Shown here: piece by piece, positions 14,398-27,007 of the stretch
Numbering within the stretch: the first letter of the stretch is position 1
How the letters are laid out: every line of letters begins with the position of its first letter
Assembly (NCBI RefSeq): GCF_963676685.1
Contig: NC_092347.1
Span: forward strand, 12,834,001-12,898,000
DNA: 64,000 nucleotides
Reading direction: 5' to 3'
DNA from: Mytilus edulis
Lineage: Eukaryota
Position numbers and translations under genes: made by a program
The notes under the pieces: model-generated
The model's input: the letters and a program-made list of their open reading frames with translations, nothing else
The model's database searches: none
Told to the model about the DNA's origin: nothing

Positions 14398-15309
14398 TTA
14401 TCTTGGTGGTATGGATGGAGGGTTTGCTGCTTCTCTATGTTGTGGCGTACTAGGAGTTCGTTGATTAATAATAATTTCTCTGTCATTATTTGCTGGATTG
14501 ATATTGATGTTTTCGGGATTGTACAACTGACCTTTAATATATAGTTTGTCGCGAACAAGTCTCGCTTGTTTCCCTAAACTTTTTTCATTTTTCAAGATCG
14601 GGTACAGTTTGCGGCGCCTTATTTCTATCTCCGGAGGGAATTGATCGTTGATACCGAAGTTTGTATTTTTAAGCCGATATGCTTGTTTCAGAACATGTTC
14701 TAATTCCTTTCTATAAACGAATCTTGCCACAATTGGGCGTGCTCCATTTCTACCATATTTACCGAATCTGTGAACATTTCCTAATGTAACCATGTATTCG
14801 ATTCCTAATTGTCTATTAATGAAATTTTGTAACTTTGCCTCACAGTCCTCAGATGGATGATACGTTAGACCATTGAATACCAAATTGTTTTTCATGCTAC
14901 GGCATTTCAAGTCTAGAACGGTTTCCTGCAGTTCCTTGATGATTGATTTTTCCTGCATTGTGTTTTCCTCAATCTTTTCAATATCATTTCTATTTAAGTC
15001 ACATTTTTCCAGTGCTTTTTCAACAACTTGACCCATGCCTTCAAAGCTGTCTTCCATTTCTTTATTATGTTGCTGTAATTCGGCAATATTATGTTCTGCT
15101 TGATCCATACGTTGGACAACCGATGATAACTGTTGTTTAACATCTTCAATTTTTTCGACCTCTGTTTCAATTTTTGCTATCCTGTTGTTCATTGATAGCA
15201 AAGTATTTAAAATCTTATTCAGAACCTCCAAAAATGTTGGTTCTATGTTTGCTTCCAACGTATTTTTACTAGTATCTTCTAATAAGAGTTTTGTATCATT
15301 TGGATCCAT
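14398..15309 (-). CDS. LINE ORF1 protein (coiled coil plus RRM/L1-ORF1-like domain)
   Basis: Open ~303 codons: heptad-rich N-terminus, then RSMKNNLVFNGL, VHRFG, RPIVARF, INDQFPPEI and RLVRDKLYI, typical of non-LTR ORF1. Confidence 0.8.
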   Translation of the reverse strand: MDPNDTKLLLEDTSKNTLEANIEPTFLEVLNKILNTLLSMNNRIAKIETEVEKIEDVKQQLSSVVQRMDQAEHNIAELQQHNKEMEDSFEGMGQVVEKALEKCDLNRNDIEKIEENTMQEKSIIKELQETVLDLKCRSMKNNLVFNGLTYHPSEDCEAKLQNFINRQLGIEYMVTLGNVHRFGKYGRNGARPIVARFVYRKELEHVLKQAYRLKNTNFGINDQFPPEIEIRRRKLYPILKNEKSLGKQARLVRDKLYIKGQLYNPENININPANNDREIIINQRTPSTPQHREAANPPSIPPR

Positions 15310-18300
15310 TTTCAATCGTTTTGGTAACGTTGTTACGACGCCATCTTGTAGTTAGTGAAGAACAATATCCCAACAATACAGATTTCTAATAGTGACGTTA
15401 AAGTCTTGGTTACAAAATAAAAGTAACAAAGTTCCGTTTTTCGAAATCTCTCAAATTTGTATTTGAACGTATTTTTTTTTAGCAAAACCAATTTTGTAAC
15501 ATGCAGAATTACTTACTGCGAAGCTTTCAGACACATTTCAATTTCTAACTTGGGCAGTAATCACAGTTAAACGCATTTTCGCAAGAGCGAAAAAAACAGC
15601 AGCTATCCGTAGCAACATCCGGGAAACCTAATGGATATAAATAATTGAAATCAGAATCAGTATAAACTGCGTTTTGCGAGTGGAATCTGAGAGATTTGCA
15701 TCGCTCACAATATGTGTGCATCTTCCTACTTTGTTGTTCTGTTTGATGCACAAAAGTGTTCTTCTTATACTAATTCCCAGTAGATGCTAAATTTTCTCAT
15801 CTTCCTCCTCATCCGAATAAGAGTTGAAACCCCTTTTTTAATCTATGTACTGAACAATTTGATATTGGTTTTTCTAAGGTACAAGTACGAAAATGAAAGT
15901 TGTCTTTTGAACTACTCTCCCTATTTTAGGCAGGCTTCGATTCTGATTGTCCTGGTCCAGAATGTTCTTTTGCCCCTTAGATACTGGTGTAGATTAGTAT
16001 AAATGACCCTATTGGTAGACAATGTGATCTGGCAGTATCAGCAGGATTGACTACATCATTATTGCAAAGCTGTGATATCATATGCTCCTTAATGTCTACA
16101 ATAAGACACACATATAGATGCAAGTAAAATTTATGTAAGCTGATTAGATACTGATTTTAAATTTGCATGCATTTTTTTTGCATAACCACTTTTTGCATAT
16201 AAGTTGTGATTAATATGTGCATTCCTCAGTGGTTCCTTGAAATGCATTATACTTTCTTGATTAATATCTCCACCTAACGAGATCTGTTAAGCAATCAGGC
16301 TACTTCTGGCGTTTTACTCAACCTGCAATTTGCGAAGACTGCAATAGTATAAAACATCTTAAATCCGAACCTCATATTACCAATATAAATATTCCACAAA
16401 ATGTATGGGCGAAAGCAAACATGAGGCTCATCAATTCAAATCTGTATCATCATCCTATACTGCACCGCATCATTTTTGTAGCCTTAATATCCGTTTTTGA
16501 CATAGCAAATGATTCCATCATTGTCAAATATAACCTGCGTATGTAAAGGTGTCAAACCGCTAATTAGAAATCCCTTACTGTTCAACCACAATTTTCACAG
16601 CTTCATACATATTTTACCTTAAGTTTAACTTCATAGAAACCAGGTATATCTTGAATTGTACATGCGTAAGCTTTTTACATGCCAATGTTTCACCATGGTT
16701 TTAAAATCTTCCAAGAAAAAAACTGACATCTTAACTATCATTCTACGAGAAAACCAGTCAAATTGAAGGAATGCCAATTCATGGGGTATTTTAAAAAAAA
16801 GAGGTACTCCAAAAAACACCTGGTTTTCTAGGAATCTCTGATTAGTATACTATGAAGCGCATTAATCATGAATGTTTAATGCAAACTCATAGACAAGAAC
16901 CCTATTTTGTAGGGCTACTTTTACATACGTTAGAAATTGAAGGTAGTAAGTGGCGGTCTGACAGCTGTATAGCGTGGTAGTGACACAATAACAGCGGGGA
17001 AACAGTTCTTGCGGCTCAATTTGTGGCCTAAATGTCTCAACAAAAGTTTCATTCGGATATCCTGTCGATAACTGCGCTTATAGCGTACTTGCGATCATCA
17101 GGGTTGACCAGAGTCAATATTACTAGACATGACATTGTTATTTATTTTTTTATTTATATGGAAGACAACAAAATTACATCCATGGTCATATGTGATACGT
17201 ATATTGCATTGTGGTTGTTTTAGTAATGACAGCGTTTGTAAAACATTTGAAATGTAACCTTCTTAATATTTCTATTTCGCAGTTGAATCTGTCAAAATTA
17301 ATTATTTTTCTTATTTATGTTCTTCGATCAAAGCATTTCAATCTTTTCATTATTTCCTAAACATGAAAAAAAATATTTTCAATAGACAGACTTCGAAAAC
17401 AAAATTAATTTGATTTGTCTACTTTAAGCTTCTTCTGAGAAGGGATTTATCACAAATACAATAAAAAGCTGACAGAATTTACAGAATAAAACGGTGAACA
17501 CGTGTCAATCAATCAGTACATTTCGTAATTATGCAAGTGTAAATTCTTTTAGCTCGAAGTGATAAGAAATAGGTAGGCTTTCATATTTCCATAAATGATT
17601 AATTCAACATCAGACTCTAGAGTAAATTACAGATTGTCAGCAAATTCTTGTTTTTATTACCACCAGAGAGCTCTCTTCTGTTCTCATGCGTTCATTACTT
17701 CTTTTAATTCAAGGCTTTAGCTTATGACATCTGCTAAGACTTCACTTGATTAACGAATTGTGATTTTACGATTACGAGATATAATATCTCTTTTTCCGAC
17801 GTAGTCGGTATAGTTTCGGTTTGTGCCCTTTGAACTTAAGGACGCTTAACTATGGCAACATACTGCGCATGCTCGAAAATCCTTTAAGTGATTGGACAAA
17901 ATGCTGTCATGCTGAGTATTTGGTTGTGTTTTAAAAAACGTCTCGTTTATTATATCGTGATGGAAATCAAGTGAAAAACTATAAATATTTGAACTAGATC
18001 TTACAAAGATTTATATTTTTATTGAAATAATTGTTTCTCCAATAGCTCTTTGCATCCGTGACAGCTGTTTATTCGGGACAATTATATAATTTTTAATGTA
18101 AACTTTGTTGTACGAACGTACATGACTTTTAGAACGCGCCTACGCATGTGAGATTTCCGCGGTGTTTTGGTGAATGTAAACGGAAAGATACGAGGACCGA
18201 GAATACTGAACACGTTATTTAAATGGTATCTTTGTGCTTCTGAAGGTTATCGAAATGATAGTTTTAAACATATACTCAAATTTAAATACGTCGGATATCT

Positions 18301-20018
18301 TTTTTAAAGATAGTTCTTGTTTCCTTTAAAAATATGGTGATGATAATATACAATGGATTCAGCTATGCACCATATTTAAGGACCATAAATTGCTGTACAC
18401 TTGAAAAAACCACTAAAATTAACGAGTTGGCGTTATAATTTTAGTACCCTATTCTTCTATTCGTATACACACTTTGATAGTGAATTATTGAGGCACATAA
18501 AGGAGGTCAAGTAGTTTTTCTATTTACCCAAATGAAGACATGTTTCATCAAGAACATCTTTATGGCATCTTATTGAACTCTTTATGTTCTGTTGCTTTTT
18601 AAAATTCTGATTTCTTCAGAGTCAATATTAAATCTGACCCATGCAGGCTCTGATTGATGTTTGTCAAATTTGCATAATGTCTCTTTAAATCAATCTTAAT
18701 GGTCTCGCTGTAACGTGCTAATCCAGAATTATGGAGGTCACCGGTTTGATTCCTGTTCCTGTCAAAATTCTGTTTTCTTGTTTGTTTTTAGTTTGTGTGT
18801 TATAATTATATTGTGCTATATATCAATCTAATGAGTAAAGCCCTTTTAAACTGATTTGTGTAAATGGTTGTTACTTCTAATTGTGTCTGTTTGGCTGCAC
18901 ATATTACAATTTCAACTCGTATGCACTAAATTTATCTTCTATAGAGATTCTAAAACCTACAAGTAAAATACGTCAACATGCTGTAGGCGAAGTGTTTTTT
19001 GTTCTTACCTGGAAAGTATAGAACATTTACATAATATCAGTGCTATCTTTTATATCAGTTCGGTAGTGAAAGGATGAAGAATCATTGAATTCTGAAACTA
19101 GATCCGTGGAAAATAGAATCAGAAAATAGATGACGAACATAATCTGATTTTATAGTTTTGTTACGAGTACAATTAATTCCAGTTACAGATAATGCTAAAG
19201 TTACAACTCTACAGAATATTGATGTTGATTTAAAATGGACATTCAGGAAGAAATATGCTATTAGCTAGATATTTAATTTCCCCCGGCGTTTTTGATATAT
19301 CTGTGTATAAGGGTATTAAATACGTTTCAATTAAGTGAAGAGAAACTTCAAAGGGTTGAAGAGTGTGACAATACTGATAGTCTATTGTAAAAATACTTGA
19401 AGACAAAGCGTATAGACACCTGTCTTTTATATACTCAGAACGAACAAAACTATCAGTAAATGATACAGCCGACAAACCAAAAATTGATATAAATAAAACA
19501 CTTTCAGAACATGCTGCTGTAATTCTTAAACCCTTAAACACTTACAAATTGAATTCATGTCATTCGTTTCGTTCAGCTGCAGATTAGGCCCAAATCCCTA
19601 CTGAAAATTACGAAAGTGGTCCGCCACTGTGATTTTTTCTCTACTGTCTACATGTTTCGTAATCATTTACGTGAATAATGGTTCGATTTTTCTCTTTCTA
19701 TTCTTTACCTCTAGTTACATAAACTGCAATAGACAAATCACAGTACATTCATCTGATTCAGTACAATATGTTTTATCAGTAAAGAAAACACCACCTGAAA
19801 TGCCAATATGTTGTAATTAAAATAACATTAGTGATCTTTATTAGAATCACAAACACTTATATGCCAGGCTAAATAGTCGATGTTTCCCGTGTTCAATGTA
19901 TGTTAAGTGCAATTAACGTATGATGTTAATGTCGTTTAAGAAATACAATATCATTGTGCATGCGAGTTTGTCTCCAGATTAGGTTTTAATTACAGTTTTT
20001 TCCTTTTTTATTTTACAG

Positions 20019-20760
20019 ATATATCGCTATAGTTTTTCCACTGAAGGCACATATTTTGTGTACCAGACGCCATACAATGGTAACTATGGTGAGCGTTTGG
20101 TTTGTCGCGGTTGGCTTTGGAATACCAACCACCATCTTCGTGACTGTCGTCCCTGTAGGAATTAACGCGAGTCTATGCTTTTGTCGACTTGTATTTCCAG
20201 AAGCAGAACCAAACAAAGACATGTTCTTCACGTTTAAGTATATGGAATCTGTCATATTTTATTTCCTGCCATTACTGATTCAACTATTGTGTTACGTTAT
20301 AATTGGAAAACATTTGTTTCTAAGCGTAGAAGCCTTACAGTCAAATCTGACAAACAAGGGACATGCACGCGATGACAATGGTCGATTAAGAGAGGCAATT
20401 AAAACACGTCGAGGAGTTGTCAAAATGTTGATAGCAAGCGTTACAATCTATTTTTTAAGTTATTCGCCGCATCAAATTTTACTCATCTACGATACTGTTT
20501 CTGAAAGACCGTTTAGTGGTACATGGGTCTTTGTCGTATTTGTTACTATCCTTGCATACGTCAACTCTGCAGCAAACCCTGTTATATACTGCATATTTAG
20601 CCAAAACTTTCGGAAGAACTTTGCAACAATCATATTCTGTCGTTATTACAAGCATAATGGAAACAGTCATAATAATGTGGCTTCTCTTAATTCTGAGTAC
20701 ACTATTTTACTACAAAGGCGGTCGACACCAAGAGCACAGTATGGTGTGAATGCAGTTTAG
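20019..20760 (+). CDS. Class A (rhodopsin-like) GPCR, neuropeptide-receptor-like; terminal coding exon from the end of TM3 to the C-terminus
   Basis: A polypyrimidine tract and ttttacAG acceptor end at 20018. The exon reads (R)YIAIVFPLKA, the DRY motif split by a phase-2 intron. It has TM4 W, ECL2 Cys, TM5 FLP..Y, TM6 RRGVVKML..SYSP, TM7 NSAANPVIY and helix 8 FSQNFR, with no stops. Confidence 0.92.
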
Positions 20761-20983
20761 ACGAAAGGAACAATATTGTATCCTCTCTTACAAATCTGTA
20801 TCGTGTTCCTAAATATATATTTAAATATTGTTTACAAAACAAAATTATTGTCAGACATCAATTTTTTTTTTAAATGAAGTTACTATATATTTATTGTCTG
20901 TAAAACCACTAAGGATAATCACTTTAATTGTTACAGTTATACCATTTATGTCAAGTTGAAGGTTATATATATATATTTATTAA

Positions 20984-21522
20984 GGTAGTTCAGGGGTATA
21001 GAAAAACAAAATGACAGAATTTTCTTATACTTGCCAAAATGAGGATGTTACTATGCTTTTTTTTTAAAAAGTGATAAAATGTATGGGTCCCCACGCTATA
21101 AAACACATTGTTGAGCATAAAAAGAAATCTACGAGACAGAGTTTTGAAATAAAATCTGAGAAGATAGGTTAATAGTATATTTTAAGAAAATAAAAAGAAA
21201 AAAAAGGTGTCACCGAACTTGTTTTCTTGCTGGAATTAAAAAACGAAGATTTCCATTTATGTCCAGTATAAATTTTGTACTAAAAGAGTTATCTCCCCTT
21301 AAATGGCTTGATTGAGAAATTAATTCTAAAAGCACAAATATTTGGTATTTGTTGAAACATTTTCGATAATGCAATAAATAACTAAGTTTTCTTTATATAA
21401 ATAAACAGTGCAACCAATAAATTTGCAAATCTGTCTCCAAATTTGCAGATTTGGGCAAAGAACTAGACCGATTATTTTCTGTAATTGTACAATTCAAGAC
21501 GGCGGTATACCCCCTGGGTACC
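20984..21522. mobile_element. Kolobok-type MITE (TTAA TSD)
   Basis: TTAA-ggtagttcaggggtata ... tataccccctgggtacc-TTAA. Confidence 0.7.
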
Positions 21523-22199
21523 TTAATGGCCGACCGTGCAAGGGCTGTATAGCCAGTCAAGGTCGTTAAAAACTTCCATTTGTTGTGGGTACCTTAACCC
21601 ACCGTGCAAGGGCAGTATAGCCAGTCAAGGTCGTTGAAAACTTCTATGTGTTGGAGTACCTTTAATATGTATGTATAACCAAGTGGACGTACCTAGTATA
21701 TTTTTTTTGCGATTTTCTTTTTTGTTTTCACTTGGAATGGTTTACTCAAAATGGTTTAGATAACAAGCAGATTGATGCATGAATTTGAATGGCTAGTAAC
21801 AATGACATTAATTTTGGACCTACATTTGTTGATTTTATGGAATGTACAATATTTAACACAAGATAAAGGTGACATTAATATAGTTACTCTAGTGTTTGTT
21901 ACATTACACAAACAGAGTAACTTAAAACTTGTTCACACTCATCCCTATACCACAGCAAAGTGTTTACATTAATGTAAATGAGAGGCAAATAATACCAAAA
22001 AAATATTCAAACTCTTATCATTTTGAATTATGGAATATATATCGTCCTCATGCAAAGCTCTGATTCATTGTCAGTGTTCGGTTATACTGCAGTTGCTTTT
22101 TGTTTTGACCAGTTATTTCCACATTTTAGATTTTCAAATAATTCAAACATTATTGAAGAGACATTAATTCACATCTTGTGCATATAAATTGGTACGGTA

Positions 22200-22760
22200 A
22201 ATGTGTTAATATAAACTGACAACAATTTTACAAATACGAAAAAAGACGAACAACAGAATTCAAAACACACCAGCGACACTACAAACTGTTCAAAAGGAAC
22301 ACCATCGAAACAAAAGGGTGAAGAGAAGGAAATCCTGGTCCACACGTGACACTTGTCGTTCTGCTCACTGTGGTGAGTTTAAATCGGTAGGTCAAATTCG
22401 CGGAAAACAGGAAAGGATTTTGGTTATGACAGTTGGAACATATCTGAATCATCTGTGAAACAGATTTTATATAACGGTCAATCAAACCGCGATGGCAGCA
22501 GTAAAATTTTCGAAGGTATGATTTCATCTTCACCACTACAAATCAATGAATTCGTTGAAAGCGCAAACCTCGATCAAGGAAACCATTAATTTTCTATCAA
22601 ATGGGAGATAAATACTCCAAATTCCGGCCCTGCTGGAATGATGGAACTTAGAAATGAACTGCTGACAATTCGAAAGCTGAAATCGTCCCTTTTGTCGTAA
22701 AGATTTGTTCTCAACCGACTCTCATTCTCAACTTTTAAACGTAGATCAAGATATTAATCG
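22200..22760 (-). mobile_element. Penelope-like element 3' fragment
   Basis: Degenerate RT C-terminus LRKFYCCHRGLIDRY..SVSQM; related to 40440-40795, 41545-41985 and 56545-57353. Confidence 0.65.
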
Positions 22761-23179
22761 TAATGATGTAAAATGTTATTTTGAATAAAATACCTTACAT
22801 TTTGTTGATTCAATACTTTTGTGTTTTTGAATATGAACGTATAATTTAATTTAAGTACATCAGTTTTACTTAATCACCATGTACACATTTGTCATCGAAT
22901 TTCATGCACAAAAATGCAAAACAGGACAGACAATATGCAATGTTTATCTACAATTTCCAGTTTTGGCCTTAACATGGTCAGACCGTTTACGGCCTTTGAG
23001 TTTCAATACGTTAATTATCTCCCGCCTCTTTTTCACGATAACATAAGCATCCGCACTTGGTGGAATGTTCACTTTTGTACTATCAACAAGCTTTCTGAAA
23101 AAAAAGACAGAAGATATCAAAAGAAGAATCAAAAATCGGTCGAAGAGAGATCAATAAACATGAGTATAAAATACACTAT

Positions 23180-23527
23180 AAGTTATATGGTTCGCTACTG
23201 ACCCTGTACGGATCCATAGAGGGTTAGTAAAATCCATACGGAATGAGTCCGGAGGCCGAGTACCCTATGAATTTTATTCACCCTCTATGGATCCGTAGGG
23301 GGTCAGTAGTTAACCGTATAACGGATTTATCGGACGCTGGACTTTTTCTGCGGCGTTTTGTTGAAAATTAAACAATGAAACACAACAACATTAATAGATG
23401 ACGTCGCCATTGACGCGTCATGAACCCCATATGAAACTTACTAACCCCATACGGTCTCATAGGGGGTCACCACGTGTCGGCATTTAACCAATCACAACGT
23501 GATAATTCATCTGTGGTCCGATAATAA
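23180..23527. mobile_element. Non-autonomous hairpin element
   Basis: Long inverted repeat at 23182-23322 (gttatatggttcgctactgaccc...gggtcagtagttaaccgtataac); related copy in opposite orientation at 42075-42351. Confidence 0.7.
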
Positions 23528-23785
23528 TTAATAATTCAGGTCTGAACACCAGGACCCCAGCGAAAGTCGGGGATAATCACAGGTAATCAGATCCTGTGAC
23601 ACATGTGAAATATTGGTTTTGGCGTTGTACGTGTCCTCATACTACTTGTGATTTTAATCGCGGTATCTAATAATGTTTTACTATTATACTTTAATTCGTT
23701 GGCTTGTATCATTGGGCATTAGTTTGAAAGTGGTCTATACAAGACACATGATTTCTTCATCAACCGAAACGCATCACATTCAACA

Positions 23786-24005
23786 TAAACTCATCATAGA
23801 TACCTGGAATAAATTGTGTATTTACGCCAGACGCGCGTTTCGTCTACATAAGACGCTCGATTCCAAAAAAGTTAAAAAGGTAAAAAAAAATACGAAGCTG
23901 AAGAGCATTCAGGACCAAAATGCCTAAATGTTTTGCCAAATACAGCTAGAGTAATCTATTCCTTAAGTAGATTAGCTTTAGTATTTCAAATATTCAAAAG
24001 TTTGT
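23786..24005 (-). mobile_element. Retrozyme-like repeat fragment, hammerhead core deleted
   Basis: acgccagacgcgcgtttcgtctacataagac is present but the CTGATGA segment has been removed. Confidence 0.7.
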
Positions 24006-24009
24006 CATT

Positions 24010-24360
24010 ACATTTTCAAAGATTGCAAAGTTTAACTTCACTTTATCATATATTGATGTCATGTCTCTCAAACACATTTCAATCAGCAGTTGAATGTCAT
24101 ATACATCCCACTGAATTTGAAATAAAGCATATTACCGGAACGACACTTCTGCTGAATATAAGGATCTGTTTTCCTTATGTGTAGATTTCAGCTTTCCCTG
24201 ATGTGTCCAAATCCCATGTTTTAACAATAACATATCCTCTCACTAATTGCATTGCACTTAAGTACAACACGTTAATGAGGGTTGAACGACTGAATCAAGA
24301 CTAAGTATAAGCATTTTACGGTTGCCATCACAAATTGGTCGACCAATATCATATGTCTGT
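24010..24360 (+). pseudogene. Degraded Penelope-like RT fragment
   Basis: Decayed FNFT..YIDV, IHPTEFEIK and FYGCHHKLVDQY motifs. Confidence 0.55.
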
Positions 24361-25189
24361 GTTTAAATTAACAGTCAAGCTGTTTAATTTCATTTTCAAA
24401 GATTTTTTTTTAAATTCTAAAATGATTGTCTGAGTTGTACATTTACCGAATTTGTCATTTTTGTGACATTTTAATTGAGTTTGAATTGGTCTGGTAGGCA
24501 AAAATCTCGGTTTTTTTTTTAGAATATAGTATAGTTCATTCCTGTATACAATGTATATATATATATATATATATATATATGTTACAGTAAATGGGTGAAA
24601 TAAGGAATAACACGTTATTACTGAACAATTAAGTAAATATACTCGTATTTACTATTTTAGTAATTACATGTAGTTAGTGATTATTTCAGTAAACACAGGT
24701 AATCACGGCTGATCTTTTGTAATATTCAGAGCTATTAACTAAATTGGTATTTGTTGTTTCAAAATATTATATATATTCAAAGAAACCAAATAAGAAAGAA
24801 CAGAGAAAGAGATTGTAGGACTCACTTTAGGGTTAAGTAATCAAAGGCCCTTCAAAATTGCTTGTTTTTAATTTACAGTTTGTGTACTGAAACTGAAAAA
24901 TGGTTGTTTCATGATTATTAACATTCGTTGAAAACCGTTTAAAACATATAAGTTGATAAATCCTTGCAACGACAATGTACAATTCACAAATAATCTCAAC
25001 TAAACATGCAAAACTATTGTCACCAATGTAAAATATCTATAGAATGATTGCCGTTTTGAACAATGCAAGTTAAGACAATGTTTATAGAATAAATTTTACC
25101 TCAGTCAAACATACAAATTGCCACTAATAACATAGAACGGAAGCCTATTAACACAATGAATGCAAAATCTTCAAATTACGCTCAATGAT

Positions 25190-25392
25190 ACTAAGAATGT
25201 TCTTATCCCAGGCATAGATTACCTTAGCCATATTTAGTTCAACTTTTTGGATTTTGGGGTCCTCAATGCTCATCAACTTTGCACTTGTTCGGCTTTCTAA
25301 CTATTTTGATATGAGCGTCACTGATGAGTCTTATGTAAACGAAACGCGCGTCTTTCGTATTAAATTAAAAGCCTGGTACCTTTGATAACTAA
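25190..25392 (+). mobile_element. Retrozyme-like repeat fragment with hammerhead
   Basis: gcgtca-CTGATGA(25321-25327)-gtcttatgtaaac-GAAA-cgcgcg-TC-tttcgt; core intact, stems I and II mismatched. Confidence 0.8.
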
Positions 25393-25854
25393 ATATCCCT
25401 AACTGTATTTGAATCTTAGAAAGCCAATGAAGTCGTTTGTAACTTATCGTATAAATTGCGATGTAGACGCTATCCGATTTGACCGTGAGTATGTTACTGC
25501 TGAGAAATGAGATGTTAAATTTCCTGCTATACCCAGGAATTTTAAAACGGACAGTCCCTAAACAAATGACAAATTTAAATGCTCAAATATATCAAACGAA
25601 TGGATAACAACTGCCATTACCCTAACTTGGAAAGAACATTTGTTGATGTAGAAAATGGTGGATTGAACCTGGTTTTATAGCTAGATAAATCTTTCGTGTG
25701 ACAGTCGAAAAAAATCATATTATATTGCCAACGATGTCTGAACAAAACAAAAACACACAATAGGCAAAGATGTCAAAAATTTTGGTACAGCAGTTTACAT
25801 TGTGTTGTAATCATAATCACTATAAAAACAAACAAATATGTAAAAAAGAAACTG

Positions 25855-26785
25855 AAACAAGAGGCTGTCACAACGACAGCAAACCGGATTTATTTGTGTC
25901 CTGGCAATATCACAAGAACCATTACTGATGAATGGTGAAAGTGAAAATCGTCAATATCAAATTTGACCTCCATTTTGTCATCAGTATCAACATCTTAAAA
26001 TTTGAAAAGCTTAGATTGAATGGTTCATGAGTAAATGCAACAACATGAATGGAAACGCCATTTCACAATCTTTCAAGAACCATAACTCCTGAACAGTAAA
26101 AGTCAAAATCGTCATAATTGACCTTGACTTTTAATTTGCCATCAGTAACAACATATAAAAATTTCAAAAGCTTTGGTTCAATGGTTCTTGAGAAAATGCA
26201 CGGACACGACTGGAAACACCATTTTTCAATCTTTCAAGAACCATAATTCCTGAACGGTAAAAGTCAAAATCGTCATTATTGAACTTGACCTCCATTTTGT
26301 CATCAGTAACAACATATTAAAATTTGGGAAGCTTAGGTAGAACAGTTCATGCGTAAATGCACGGACACGACTGGAAACTCCATTTTTCAATCTTTCAAGA
26401 ACCATAACTCCTGAACAGTAAAAGTCAAAATTGCCATTATTGAATTTGACCTCCATTTTGTCATCAGTAACAACATATTAAAATTTGGGAAGCTTAGGTA
26501 GAACAGTTCATGCGTAAATGCATGGACACGACTGTAAACTCCATTTTTCAATCTTTCAAGAACCATAACTCCTGAACGGTAAAAGTCAAAATCGCCATTA
26601 TTGAACTTGACCTTCATTTAGTTGTCAGTAACAACATATTAAAATTTTAAAAGCTTTGGTTGAACGGTTCATGAGTTAATGCACGGACAACATTTGATTC
26701 CCGCCCGCCCGCCCGACCGACCGACCGCCCGCCGTACATCCCCAAATCAATAACCGACATTTTTGTCACAAAAATCCGGTTAAAA
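25855..26785 (-). mobile_element. Helentron-type non-autonomous element (HINE) with a 161-bp tandem array
   Basis: Subterminal inverted repeats aaccggattt/aaatccggtt, terminal stem-loop gctgtc-acaac-gacagc, (gccc/gacc)n microsatellite near 26700, and about 4.5 units of 161 bp. Confidence 0.8.
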
Positions 26786-27007
26786 AGCAAGGTTACAAAG
26801 AACACTAGCACAAGAAATAAAAAAAAATACCATAATACAATGACGGGATGTATAAGTACAGAACAACGTCATATGTTACAGAAACTGAAAAAGGCATATA
26901 GACAAAGCACAAAAGCGAAAATGTGAGACAAGAATATACCATTTTACAATAACACAATGACGGGATGCACAAGTACAAATCGAGGCACGTCACATGTAAA
27001 AAAACAG

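Larger units (their letters stand above)
10823..15540 (-). mobile_element. Near full-length CR1/L2-group LINE, decayed
   Basis: ORF1, APE endonuclease, partial RT and C-terminal domain appear in order on the minus strand. The 3' end has AATAAA followed by an (ataatc)n-like tail at ~10823-10850. The 5' boundary is approximate. Confidence 0.9.

Noticed and set aside
15600-16830. Possible decayed DIRS-like RT/RNase H region on the minus strand
   Set aside because: Only scattered peptide hints (KTDIK, LVRWR) are present, too degraded to support a call.
17840-17900. tgcgcatgc and CCAAT-like motifs as a GPCR promoter
   Set aside because: The GPCR exon downstream is not a first exon, and short motifs alone are not evidence.
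26226-26617. Two near-identical 76-aa ORFs
   Set aside because: They are artefacts of the 161-bp tandem array, not duplicated genes.
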